From: a virus
Taxonomy: Duplodnaviria; Caudoviricetes
DNA length: 42,320 nucleotides
IMG/VR virus record: IMGVR_UViG_3300047669_002124
Span: 1 to 42,320 of that record
Strand: one strand, 5' to 3'
Part shown: one piece after another, positions 18,605-27,940 of the stretch
How the letters are laid out: each line of letters opens with the position of its first letter
How positions within the stretch are numbered: position 1 is the stretch's first letter
Program-made: the position numbers and the translations under genes
The notes under the pieces: model-generated
Told to the model about the DNA's origin: nothing
Database searches by the model: none
Seen by the model: the letters and a program-made list of their open reading frames with translations, nothing else

Positions 18605-19713
18605 AAGTTCTTTATGTAGGCTGCTATAGAGACGGCACTGGTTGGGGAAATGCAGCGATTGACTATATATTGTCACTAGACGCTGCCGGTGTAGATGTTG
18701 TCCCCAGAGCGATTAAGCTCAACAACAAACAGGTAGAATTACCTAGTAGAATAATTGAGCTAGAAAATAAAAGCTCTGAATCTTGTGATGTATGCATACA
18801 ACACACACTGCCTCATTTTATGGAATACAGCAGTGCGTTTAAAAAAAATATAGCCCTGTACGCGACTGAGACTAGCAACTTCATCGACTCTGACTGGGCT
18901 AGAAGAATAAACATGATGGACGAAGCGTGGGTCATAAATAACCAAATGGCACACGTCTCAGTCGATAGCGGAGTTACTGTACCGATAAAAGTAATTCCTC
19001 ATGCAACAGACTTTTCAAAGTTTGAGAGAACCTACGATAAGATAGACTTTCCGTCGGCCAAAGATTCGTTTGTTTTCTATACGATTGCAGACTGGAACAA
19101 AAGAAAAAACATAGAAGCTTTTATAAGAGCTTTTCACACTGAGTTTGAGCCAGAAGAACCAGTATCTCTCTTAATAAAAACTAACAAGCATGGCGTAGAG
19201 CCTGAGAAATTAGCATTGAGCGTTAGAGATATGTGCAATACTGTTAAAACTAAGATTAAAAAATTTGACAGTATAGACAAATATAAAGAAGACTTAATAG
19301 TTACAGACTACACCACAGAACTTGAGCTATATAGACTACATAATTCTTGTGATTGTTTTGTAATGCCTAGCTATGGAGAAGCTTGGTGTATTCCTGCTTT
19401 TGATGCTATGGGTTTTGGAAACATTCCTATCTGTACGAACATAGGAGGAATGTCTGACTTTATAGAACAAGCAGGTTTTTTAATTGAAGGAAGAATGGAA
19501 CCAGTTTATGGCATGATGGATACTCTTCCAAATCTGTTCACCCCAAATGAAAACTGGTGTTCTATTGATATAAATGGACTCAGAGAAGTAATGAGACATG
19601 TGTATGAAAACTCAGAAGACTTAAAAAAAATGAAGTCAAACGGGTTAAAACAGGCCTATGAGTATTCTTATGAAAAGATTGGCAATTTAATGAAGGAGAC
19701 TATAGATGCCTAA
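18601..19713 (+). CDS. GT-B (GT4-like) glycosyltransferase
   Basis: TGWGNAA, RKNI and DCFVMPSYGEAWCIPAFDAM. Confidence 0.9.
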   Translation: MKVLYVGCYRDGTGWGNAAIDYILSLDAAGVDVVPRAIKLNNKQVELPSRIIELENKSSESCDVCIQHTLPHFMEYSSAFKKNIALYATETSNFIDSDWARRINMMDEAWVINNQMAHVSVDSGVTVPIKVIPHATDFSKFERTYDKIDFPSAKDSFVFYTIADWNKRKNIEAFIRAFHTEFEPEEPVSLLIKTNKHGVEPEKLALSVRDMCNTVKTKIKKFDSIDKYKEDLIVTDYTTELELYRLHNSCDCFVMPSYGEAWCIPAFDAMGFGNIPICTNIGGMSDFIEQAGFLIEGRMEPVYGMMDTLPNLFTPNENWCSIDINGLREVMRHVYENSEDLKKMKSNGLKQAYEYSYEKIGNLMKETIDA

Positions 19714-20719
19714 TGTAATGTCTTCTATATTAAGAGCTTCTACAAGAAAGCCAGACGAAAAATTAAATATCTTAACTTTTCCTACACACGAGAGGTACGA
19801 AACGGGATTAGCAAAAACTGGACATAATTTTTATGCCTATAGAGCAGAAGGTATAAAAGACTGGAATGAAACATACGCTCCTCTTCCAGTGAATTACACT
19901 TTGTTAAATCCTGAGATGGCAAATGCACAACTTCCAACTCATGTTGATTTTGACCTAGTTCTTTCTCAAAACAAGTTCGGACAATTTCAAAAAGCCTTAG
20001 AGCTTTCTTCTGTGTTTCATCTGCCTCTTGTTAGCTTAGAGCATACCCTACCTGTTCCAGAGTGGGATGAAAATATTATGAATACAGTTCAAAATATGAG
20101 AGGGGACATCAATATCTTTATATCGGCTTTTAGTATAGACGAATGGGGATGGGAAGATAAAAAGGACACTGCCGTAATTACACATGGTATCGACACAGAT
20201 CTATTTTGCCCTGCTGACATAGAAAAAGATGACGACATTTTATCCGTTGTAAATGATTGGATAAATAGAGATTGGTGCTGTGGTTTTAACATATGGCAAA
20301 GAGTGATTGAAGGTTTACCACACAAGGTGGTTGGCGACACTCCGGGTTTATCTCAACCGGCTGCCTCAACCGAAGAGCTTGTCGCCACCTACCAAAACAG
20401 TAAGATATTTTTGAATACTTCAACGATATCTCCAGTTCCAACAGCTTTAATGGAAGCCATGTCTTGTGGATGCGCAGTAGTATCTACTGATACATGCATG
20501 ATTCCTGAAGTGATAGAGCATGGCGTCAATGGCTTTATAACCAATGATGAAAATGAAATGAAGCAACACTTGGTGGATCTATTAAATGATGAAGCAATGT
20601 GTGAAGAAATCGGAAACAACGCTAGAAAAACTATAGTTGAAAACTATTCTATGGGCAGGTTTGTTTCAAACTGGGATAAAGCCCTTAGACTTGCTGCGGG
20701 CATACCATTTAGAGGTTAA
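19706..20719 (+). CDS. GT-B (GT4-like) glycosyltransferase
   Basis: HGIDTDLF and PTALMEAMSCGCAVVST...EVIEHGVNG. Confidence 0.9.
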   Translation: MPNVMSSILRASTRKPDEKLNILTFPTHERYETGLAKTGHNFYAYRAEGIKDWNETYAPLPVNYTLLNPEMANAQLPTHVDFDLVLSQNKFGQFQKALELSSVFHLPLVSLEHTLPVPEWDENIMNTVQNMRGDINIFISAFSIDEWGWEDKKDTAVITHGIDTDLFCPADIEKDDDILSVVNDWINRDWCCGFNIWQRVIEGLPHKVVGDTPGLSQPAASTEELVATYQNSKIFLNTSTISPVPTALMEAMSCGCAVVSTDTCMIPEVIEHGVNGFITNDENEMKQHLVDLLNDEAMCEEIGNNARKTIVENYSMGRFVSNWDKALRLAAGIPFRG

Positions 20720-20720
20720 T

Positions 20721-21185
20721 ATGAAATTAAGAATTACAGTTGGATCTGAACAAAAAATTAATGGCTATATAAATATAGACCCAGTAAGCCAATTTGATGA
20801 CTTGCAAGCAGATTTAAGAAATCTAGATTTAGTAGCTGACGACGCAGAGTGTTCAGAAATTCTAGCGGAAGAAGTAATAGACTTCGTTCACAGAGAAGAA
20901 GTCTACCCCCTTTTAGACCACTGGATTGGAAAACTTAGGCATGGCGGAAAAATATTCGTATCATTCTATGACACAAGACAGATAGTCAAAGCTTACTACA
21001 GAGGCAAGATTGATGACGATGAATTTAATCAAATAGTTCATGGGACTTTTTCTGCGCCTTGGGACATACGACTTAGCCACACGACCCTAGAAGAAATTTC
21101 TATGTTTTTTCAAGCGAGGGGTTTAACAGTAACTAAAAAAACACTAGACGGCTTAAAAGCTACAATTGGAGCTACGAGACCATGA
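20721..21185 (+). CDS. Class I SAM-methyltransferase-like protein (degenerate motif I)
   Basis: KLRITVGS...GYINID...KLRHGGKIFV resembles the small KLNLGCG..GYINID methyltransferases of glycan loci. Confidence 0.6.
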   Translation: MKLRITVGSEQKINGYINIDPVSQFDDLQADLRNLDLVADDAECSEILAEEVIDFVHREEVYPLLDHWIGKLRHGGKIFVSFYDTRQIVKAYYRGKIDDDEFNQIVHGTFSAPWDIRLSHTTLEEISMFFQARGLTVTKKTLDGLKATIGATRP

Positions 21186-21991
21186 AAAAAGACAACACCG
21201 ATTTAGATTTAGACCACGAAGAAAATGCTACAGACCAACAAATAGAAACCAGTTGTAAAAGTTGTATATTTGAAACTTTGCCCAAACAATGCGACTTTGA
21301 TTATCCTAACAGGATTTCAGAGGAAAAGGTTGAGCTTACGCGAGAAGAAGATGGCCAAGAGCATTATAGAATTCAAGGTTTATGCAAATGGTTTAGGGAC
21401 GATTTGTGGAAAACGGCCAATCGGGGAAAAGATTTACAAGCTGTTGCGGAAAAAGAAAACGAGTTAAATCTATCCTTAGTCATTATTGTGCGAGATGATA
21501 TTTCAGGCTTCGATAAAACTATTGAGAGTATACAAAACCAAAAAATAAGACCAACACGAGTGCTGTTTGTTATTACGTCGTCAGATGTAAACTATATTGA
21601 ATTTATTTTAAAAGCAAAAGAAATAGCCGAGTTAACAGGATTGGGAATAAAAGCCCAAAGTATAGCAGATCCCAAAATTTTAGAAAACGATCTTTTAATA
21701 ATTGATGAGGCATTTAAAGAAATTAAAAGTGGTCATTACTCTGTTTTTGAATTGGGTTATGACATACCAGAAAATTGGATATCTAAAATAGATGAAGCTG
21801 TTAATAAAGAAGATAAAATGGTTTGTTATATAAAACCAATTGATAGCATTAATGGTATCACGGCGCAAACAATGATGCACAAATTCTTATACGGAAATAA
21901 AGGCGCACCTCTTGAGATAAAAATTAAAGAAGGCTTAGAATATGACGAAAATGATACTCAAATGATCTTTAGCTGGGAAGAGTTGAAATGA
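21182..21991 (+). CDS. Cys-cluster protein with degenerate GT-A-like domain
   Basis: N-terminal CKSC..C..C, followed by LSLVIIV..KTIESIQNQ, which resembles a GT2 start. No clear DxD. Confidence 0.5.
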   Translation: MKKDNTDLDLDHEENATDQQIETSCKSCIFETLPKQCDFDYPNRISEEKVELTREEDGQEHYRIQGLCKWFRDDLWKTANRGKDLQAVAEKENELNLSLVIIVRDDISGFDKTIESIQNQKIRPTRVLFVITSSDVNYIEFILKAKEIAELTGLGIKAQSIADPKILENDLLIIDEAFKEIKSGHYSVFELGYDIPENWISKIDEAVNKEDKMVCYIKPIDSINGITAQTMMHKFLYGNKGAPLEIKIKEGLEYDENDTQMIFSWEELK

Positions 21992-22773
21992 ACCTACCTT
22001 CAGTAACTATCTTAATAGCAAATTACAACGATGAAAACTATATAGACCGCTGTATAGAAAGTGCTGTAAACCAAGATTTCTCCGGTCCTCTTACTGTGTG
22101 TATAGTAGATGACGGTTCCGAAGATGAGTCTTGGGATATTATAACTTCGTATCTCAAAAACCCAAAAGAAGACAAGATAGAAGAAGGGATCGTTTTAACT
22201 TCCAAAAATATAGGAAGATTTGAAAGAACAAGTATTATTGCTATAAAGTCAAAAAATGGAGGCCCAAGTTCAGCTAGAAATATTGGTATAAATTACACGT
22301 TAGAAGATACTGATGTTTATGCAATACTAGACTCTGATGACGAAATGTATGAAAACAAAATTAGTTCTTGCACTGACTTATTTGCAAAAGGTGAAGGCAT
22401 GATAGGGGTAGTCTACGGAGATTATGATACCATCAGTACCGAAACCGGAAAGACCATTAGAGAGTTTAAAGAGCCATACAGCAGAAGAAGATTAGTTCAA
22501 GAATGTATTGTTCATAGCGGAGCGTTGATTTTAAAAGATGCCCTTCAGGACGTTTTAGAAGATACTGGCTATTACGACGAAACAATGAGAACTTGTGAGG
22601 ATTATGATTTATGGATGAGAATTAGCGAAAAATATATTATAGCTCACGTTCCTAAGTCTTTAACAAAAGTAAGAGTAACTGGCGACAACTCATCATTTAT
22701 AGTAAACCAAGAGGTTTGGCAAAAAAACTGGATGAGAGTCATGGAGAAAATGCAACAAAGGACAAATGGATAG
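21988..22773 (+). CDS. GT2 (GT-A) glycosyltransferase
   Basis: IANYN, VDDGSED, NGGPSSARNIG, LDSDD and EDYDLW. Confidence 0.93.
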   Translation: MNLPSVTILIANYNDENYIDRCIESAVNQDFSGPLTVCIVDDGSEDESWDIITSYLKNPKEDKIEEGIVLTSKNIGRFERTSIIAIKSKNGGPSSARNIGINYTLEDTDVYAILDSDDEMYENKISSCTDLFAKGEGMIGVVYGDYDTISTETGKTIREFKEPYSRRRLVQECIVHSGALILKDALQDVLEDTGYYDETMRTCEDYDLWMRISEKYIIAHVPKSLTKVRVTGDNSSFIVNQEVWQKNWMRVMEKMQQRTNG

Positions 22774-23470
22774 ATTTACAACTACCGTAAAAAATAACAA
22801 ACCTGATGGATCAAAAGATCATAAAATTACTGTGATTATACCAGTCGCTGGCATGGGACACAGAATGAAGTCGTATGGACCAAAGTGTCTTCTACAAGCA
22901 AACCAAAAAGAAACGATTTTAGAAAAAACCATATCCAATATAAAAAGAGAGTATCCTAACTCAGACATAATAGTAGTGGCAGGGTTTGAGTCAAACAAAG
23001 TAATAAATTCACTCCCTCATTACGTAAGGATAGTAGAAAATCCAAACTTCGAAGAAACAAGTATAGTTGAAAGCATAAGGCTTGGGATAAATGCGTCAGC
23101 TAATAAAAATCTATTGCTTGTTTATGGAGATTTGATATTTAACGTCTATTCTATAAGAGGCATAGAAAAAAACGGAACATGTGTAATAATTGATTCCAAA
23201 TCTAGATTTAAAGATGACGAAGTTGGAGCGACCATTGTAAAAGAAAAAGTTACCATGTTTGCATACGGTTTAGAAAAAAAATGGTCACAAATAGGATATT
23301 TTGAAGGAGAGGCTTTTGACATGCTGAAGAAGCTATGTTCAGACAAGAAAAAGTCTAGATTGTACCCTTTTGAAATATTTAACATGATGATTGAGACTGG
23401 TATAAATATATCCGCCATAGAACCTAAGAGAATGATTATAAAAGAAGTAGATTCTTTGAAAGACCTATAA
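22766..23470 (+). CDS. Sugar/choline-phosphate nucleotidyltransferase (NTP transferase, LicC/GlmU-N-like)
   Basis: IIPVAGMGHRM...PKCLL and LLVYGDLIF. Confidence 0.85.
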   Translation: MDRFTTTVKNNKPDGSKDHKITVIIPVAGMGHRMKSYGPKCLLQANQKETILEKTISNIKREYPNSDIIVVAGFESNKVINSLPHYVRIVENPNFEETSIVESIRLGINASANKNLLLVYGDLIFNVYSIRGIEKNGTCVIIDSKSRFKDDEVGATIVKEKVTMFAYGLEKKWSQIGYFEGEAFDMLKKLCSDKKKSRLYPFEIFNMMIETGINISAIEPKRMIIKEVDSLKDL

Positions 23471-23631
23471 TGACAAATCATGCAACTTATTGGGCATATA
23501 TAAACAATGATTACAAATGGTACGCTTGGTATTATCTAGACGGAAAAGTTAAAATAAAACTAGGGCCATTTGATACACAAGGCGAAGTTCAGGAAGCGAT
23601 AGAACAATATGAAAATCCTTATCTCAAGTGA
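23470..23631 (+). CDS. 53-aa AP2-like DNA-binding mini-protein (not in supplied ORF track)
   Basis: Hand translation: MTNHATYWAYINNDYKWYAWYYLDGKVKIKLGPFDTQGEVQEAIEQYENPYLK. TAATG-coupled to the upstream gene and fills the gap to the next gene. Confidence 0.65.
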   Translation: MTNHATYWAYINNDYKWYAWYYLDGKVKIKLGPFDTQGEVQEAIEQYENPYLK

Positions 23632-24658
23632 TGGTCCCCACGCGCATTATTATATAAGAATGTCTTGGGCTAAAGTTTTTAGAGCTATGGGGTACGAAGT
23701 AGCACTATGGCATAAAGACCAAAAGCCCGCGTTTGATGCTTTCGACGAATTTGAGCCTGACTTATTTATGGGTCAGACATATCACATAAATGAAGCCTTG
23801 ATAAAATGCATCAAGCAAAGACCTCATATGAAAGTAGTCATGCGTGCCTCCGACTGGGGGGATATGCAAAAAGATATAGATCTTAAAAAGTATCCAATAT
23901 TAGTCGCTCAAGACAAAGAGAAATGGCTAATGGAAAAACTTAAAACAGAAACGGGAAAACCAGATTTCGTTCATAATCACTATCATGAAAAATGGATGAA
24001 AGTCACGCATAACAAATGGAACGAGATAGGAATTAAGCCTATTTCTCTAATACATGGGGCAGACATCTTTGACTTCTATCTTCGACCTCCAGCAAACGAA
24101 TTAAAATGTGACATTGGATTCGTTGGAGGGTACTGGCCTTACAAAGCTATAAACTTAGACAAGTACCTTATTAATCTTTGTCATCCTGTTGGCGATTATA
24201 ACATAAAGATATTTGGAACATCAAGCTGGCCAGTTACTCAATACTTAGGAACTATAATGCCTGAAAATGTAGGAGCTTTGTTTGCTTCTGCTACTATCTC
24301 CCCAAATATTAGTGAGCCTCATTCACAAGACTTTGGTTATGACATAATTGAAAGACCTTTTAAGATTCTGATGTCTGGAGGGTTTTGCATCTCAGATTAT
24401 GTAGAGTCTATGGCAAACGATGTTTTTACTAATGGTGAAATTATATTTGCAAGGACGCCAGAAGAGTTTAAACAGTTGGCCGACTTTTATATAAAAAACC
24501 CAGACGAACGACTTAAACACATGAAGACAGGTTATGAATCCGTAGTGAAAAATCATACATACTTTGACAGAGTATCTACTATACTAGATAATATAGAATG
24601 GGAATCCGAAGCAAAGAGGTGTCTTGAAGTCAAGAATAATTTTTTTGAGGTAGAATAA
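23609..24658 (+). CDS. GT-B glycosyltransferase, CgeB/YkvP-like
   Basis: CDIGFVGG, ISPNI, ERPFKILMSGGFCISD and HTYFDRV. Confidence 0.82.
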   Translation: MKILISSDGPHAHYYIRMSWAKVFRAMGYEVALWHKDQKPAFDAFDEFEPDLFMGQTYHINEALIKCIKQRPHMKVVMRASDWGDMQKDIDLKKYPILVAQDKEKWLMEKLKTETGKPDFVHNHYHEKWMKVTHNKWNEIGIKPISLIHGADIFDFYLRPPANELKCDIGFVGGYWPYKAINLDKYLINLCHPVGDYNIKIFGTSSWPVTQYLGTIMPENVGALFASATISPNISEPHSQDFGYDIIERPFKILMSGGFCISDYVESMANDVFTNGEIIFARTPEEFKQLADFYIKNPDERLKHMKTGYESVVKNHTYFDRVSTILDNIEWESEAKRCLEVKNNFFEVE

Positions 24659-25596
24659 TGACTGTTTTAATTACTGGCGCAAATGGTTTTATCGGAAGAC
24701 ATCTAATAAAAAAGCTTTCTAAATACAGAAGTGCTTTTGGAGAAGTAATAACCGTTAGCCGTAAACACTTTAAGTCTCCATATTCGGATAGGCACTACAG
24801 ATGCGATCTGGGTTTTTCAGATATTACAGAACCTGATTTTTCTTGCTTAAAATTTATCTACAGTCGTCATGAGCCTTCTTGTGTATTTCACTTAGCTAGT
24901 AAAGCCACCGTTAAGATGAAAGGTAATGATCCATTCAATATTATTCAGGACAATATCTTAAGCACGCAGAAAATCTGTCAATGGGCGCCAAAAGGCGCTA
25001 AAGTGGTTCTCGCATCATCAGTAATTGTATATGGCGATTGGGGTGATTTGTATATAGAAGAAGATAAAACAGAACCAACATCTATATACGGCATGACCAA
25101 AAGAGCCTCTGAGAGTATCTTAAACTACTACACAAGCACTGGAGCAATTAAAGGCGTGTCGGCTCGCATGTGTGCTACTGTTGGGCGTGGTCTTACCCAT
25201 GGGGTTGTTTATGATTTTATTAGAAAAATTAAAAATAATCCTGTTTTAGAAGCTTTAGGTAATTGTCCGGGTTCTACTAAACCCTACTGCCATATAGATG
25301 ATGTCACAGACGCTTTGGTATTACTAGCTTTAAAAGAAGATGTAGACAAATACTACAATGTAATGCCTAATGACCTAATAAATATAGAACAAGTTGCAAA
25401 AGCTGTTATGTTCGGGATGGGTATAGAGAAAGACATAACTTGGCTAGGAGATGAAGCAAATTGGAGTGGCGATAATAAATTGATAAGTGCTTTGAATAGC
25501 AAGTTAAAATCAATAGGGTGGCAAAATAAACACAATTCAAAACAATCTATAATTAAATCTGTTCAAGAAATATTAGAAAAGGAAACTAATGGTTAA
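24658..25596 (+). CDS. NAD-dependent NDP-sugar epimerase (extended SDR, GalE-like)
   Basis: TGANGFIG, ASSVIVYG, YGMTK and HGVVYDFI. Confidence 0.9.
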   Translation: MTVLITGANGFIGRHLIKKLSKYRSAFGEVITVSRKHFKSPYSDRHYRCDLGFSDITEPDFSCLKFIYSRHEPSCVFHLASKATVKMKGNDPFNIIQDNILSTQKICQWAPKGAKVVLASSVIVYGDWGDLYIEEDKTEPTSIYGMTKRASESILNYYTSTGAIKGVSARMCATVGRGLTHGVVYDFIRKIKNNPVLEALGNCPGSTKPYCHIDDVTDALVLLALKEDVDKYYNVMPNDLINIEQVAKAVMFGMGIEKDITWLGDEANWSGDNKLISALNSKLKSIGWQNKHNSKQSIIKSVQEILEKETNG

Positions 25597-26524
25597 AGTA
25601 TTAGTTACTGGCGGCGGAGGTTATGTTGGCAATGTTCTTTGTAGGTATCTTCTAGATGAAGGTTATCAGGTCAAATGTGTTGATAATTTTAACAAAGGTC
25701 AGTGTGACGGAATTATCTCCTTGGCAATAAACCCAAATTTTGAATTTGCATACGCAGATGTAACAGTTGCGGAACAGATGAACGAAGCTGTCAAAGGATG
25801 TGATGCAATCGTACATTTGGCGGCAATTGTAGGGTTTCCAAGCTGCGCGGCTCAGCCGTCTTTGGCAGAGATTGTCAATGTTCAAGGAACCAAGAACGTT
25901 ATCGACGCAAGAAACAATTACTCCAAGACGATACCTCTCGTTTACGCGTCCACAGGCAGCGTCTACGGCAAGGTAGAGGGCATATGCACCGAAGAGTCCC
26001 CATTGAACGCTGTGTCGCAGTACGGCATAAATAAGCGCGTTGCAGAGGGAATGATTTCCGACGAAGAGAACACTGTTTCCTTTCGTTTTGCCACGGGGTT
26101 TGGTGTCAGCCCATCAATGCGGGTGAACCTACTTGTAAACGATTTTGTTTATCAGGCTATGACAAGCAAGATATTAACTATTTTTCAGGCAGATTTTCGT
26201 CGCACTTTTATTCATGTAAGAGATATGGCAAAAGCTTTTACTATGGGTGTAAAGAATATGGGCAGATGGAAGCATAAAGTATACAACTGTGGAGCTAATC
26301 ATCTTAATTGGACCAAAAGAGAGTTAGCTGAATATATAAAAGAACAAACAGGATGTTTTGTGCATTACGAGGAAATTGGAAAAGATGGTGACCAAAGAGA
26401 CTATGAAGTTAGTTATAATAAGCTAGAAGCCGAAGGGTTTAAGTGCGACGTGGACATGGAAACAGGAATAGATGAATTAATTAAGGTTTCTCCAATTTTG
26501 CAGATAAGACATCAATACTCATGA
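25589..26524 (+). CDS. NAD-dependent NDP-sugar epimerase/dehydratase (extended SDR)
   Basis: TGGGGYVG, HLAAIVG, ASTGSVYG and YGINK. Confidence 0.9.
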   Translation: MVKVLVTGGGGYVGNVLCRYLLDEGYQVKCVDNFNKGQCDGIISLAINPNFEFAYADVTVAEQMNEAVKGCDAIVHLAAIVGFPSCAAQPSLAEIVNVQGTKNVIDARNNYSKTIPLVYASTGSVYGKVEGICTEESPLNAVSQYGINKRVAEGMISDEENTVSFRFATGFGVSPSMRVNLLVNDFVYQAMTSKILTIFQADFRRTFIHVRDMAKAFTMGVKNMGRWKHKVYNCGANHLNWTKRELAEYIKEQTGCFVHYEEIGKDGDQRDYEVSYNKLEAEGFKCDVDMETGIDELIKVSPILQIRHQYS

Positions 26525-27471
26525 TAGATATAAAAAATAAGAAGATTCTCGTAACTGGGGGTCAAGGTTTCCTCGGTCTAGCTATCTGCAAAAAGATAGA
26601 AGAAAAGGGAGGAATACCAATACCTCTAAAAAGCGAAGAAGTCAATCTTCATAATCTTGAAGCTATTATACAGTTTATGACTGCTTGCAAGCCTGATTAC
26701 TGCATACATGCCGCAGGATATAATGGAGGAATTGAATTCAATAGAATGTACCCAGCGGATATACTCTATTCAAATACCATAATGGGCTTGAATATACATT
26801 ACGCTTGTCAATACATGAGAGTCAAGAAGATTCTCTCAATAATGACATCTTGTGCTTATCCAGACACAGGAATGGAGGTTCTAAAAGAAGACACGTTTTG
26901 GGAAGGTCTTCCAAATAAGACAATTAGAGCGCATGGTATTGCTAAAAGAACCCTTCAAACGGCAGCAGAGGCGTATAACGACCAATACGAACTGAATGCG
27001 GTTACTGTTTGCGTTACAAATCTATATGGCCCAAATGATACGTTTAATTTAATTAGAACTAAAGTTGTTGGTGCTTTAATAAGAAAATTTGTAGAAGCTT
27101 TAGAAGACAGAACATCTGTAGAATGTTGGGGAACAGGCGACCCCATGAGGGAATTCATGTATGTAGAGGATGCCGCAGAATCAATCGTTCAGGCTTTGCA
27201 AAAATATGATGATTCGACACAGCCTCTTAATATTGGAACAGGAAAAGATATATCAATAAAAGAACTTGTCGAGTATATCGTTAGTGCAACAGGGTTTAAT
27301 GGAGAAGTTAACTGGAATACTGATAAACCTGACGGACAAATGAAAAAGCTTCTGGATACTACCAGAATGGGTGAGTATATTACACTAACCCCAATAGAAG
27401 TAAAAGAAGGAATAAAGAAAACGGTAGAATGGTATAAAGGCCACAAAAAACATGCCGACTCAAAAAAATAA
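26521..27471 (+). CDS. fcl: GDP-L-fucose synthase-like epimerase/reductase with altered catalytic residues
   Basis: TGGQGFLG, GGIEFN, TSCAYP, TNLYGPND, WGTG..REF.YVED and KPDGQ. YxxxK is replaced by HGIAK. Confidence 0.82.
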   Translation: MIDIKNKKILVTGGQGFLGLAICKKIEEKGGIPIPLKSEEVNLHNLEAIIQFMTACKPDYCIHAAGYNGGIEFNRMYPADILYSNTIMGLNIHYACQYMRVKKILSIMTSCAYPDTGMEVLKEDTFWEGLPNKTIRAHGIAKRTLQTAAEAYNDQYELNAVTVCVTNLYGPNDTFNLIRTKVVGALIRKFVEALEDRTSVECWGTGDPMREFMYVEDAAESIVQALQKYDDSTQPLNIGTGKDISIKELVEYIVSATGFNGEVNWNTDKPDGQMKKLLDTTRMGEYITLTPIEVKEGIKKTVEWYKGHKKHADSKK

Positions 27472-27940
27472 ACAAGTTGGTTTTTTAGTTAATGAACTTA
27501 CCGCTAGTCATCTAGCTTTCTCATTGATAAAAAATCTAAATAATTACAACGATGAATCCAATACTGATACGGTTCTATTTTTTGAAAATGCTTCATCTTC
27601 AATAATCAAGCCTAACTTCTCAATAATGGCAAGTAACGAAATATGGAACTTCAACGGAGCTTTAATTTCAACAGATATAAATACAACTTTATCACTTAAG
27701 AAATGCTTCTCACCTAGAAAAAAAATATTTTACGTTTGGGACTTAGAATGGATGCGTAATCCAAAAGGGGTCGTGCTGAAATTTGAAGAAACCATACAGG
27801 CCTTTTCAGATGAGTCAATAGAACTGGTTGCCAGAAGCGAAGATCACGCCAAAGCAATAGAAAACCTATCTAATAGAAAAGTAAAACACATAGTAGAAAA
27901 CTGTAACATAGAAAATTTAATAAGGATAACCAATGAATAG
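27452..27940 (+). CDS. Hypothetical protein, possibly a stand-alone GT-B N-terminal-like domain
   Basis: 162 aa overlapping both neighbours. KKIFYVWDLEW resembles the N-domain of some GT4 proteins. Confidence 0.5.
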   Translation: MPTQKNKQVGFLVNELTASHLAFSLIKNLNNYNDESNTDTVLFFENASSSIIKPNFSIMASNEIWNFNGALISTDINTTLSLKKCFSPRKKIFYVWDLEWMRNPKGVVLKFEETIQAFSDESIELVARSEDHAKAIENLSNRKVKHIVENCNIENLIRITNE

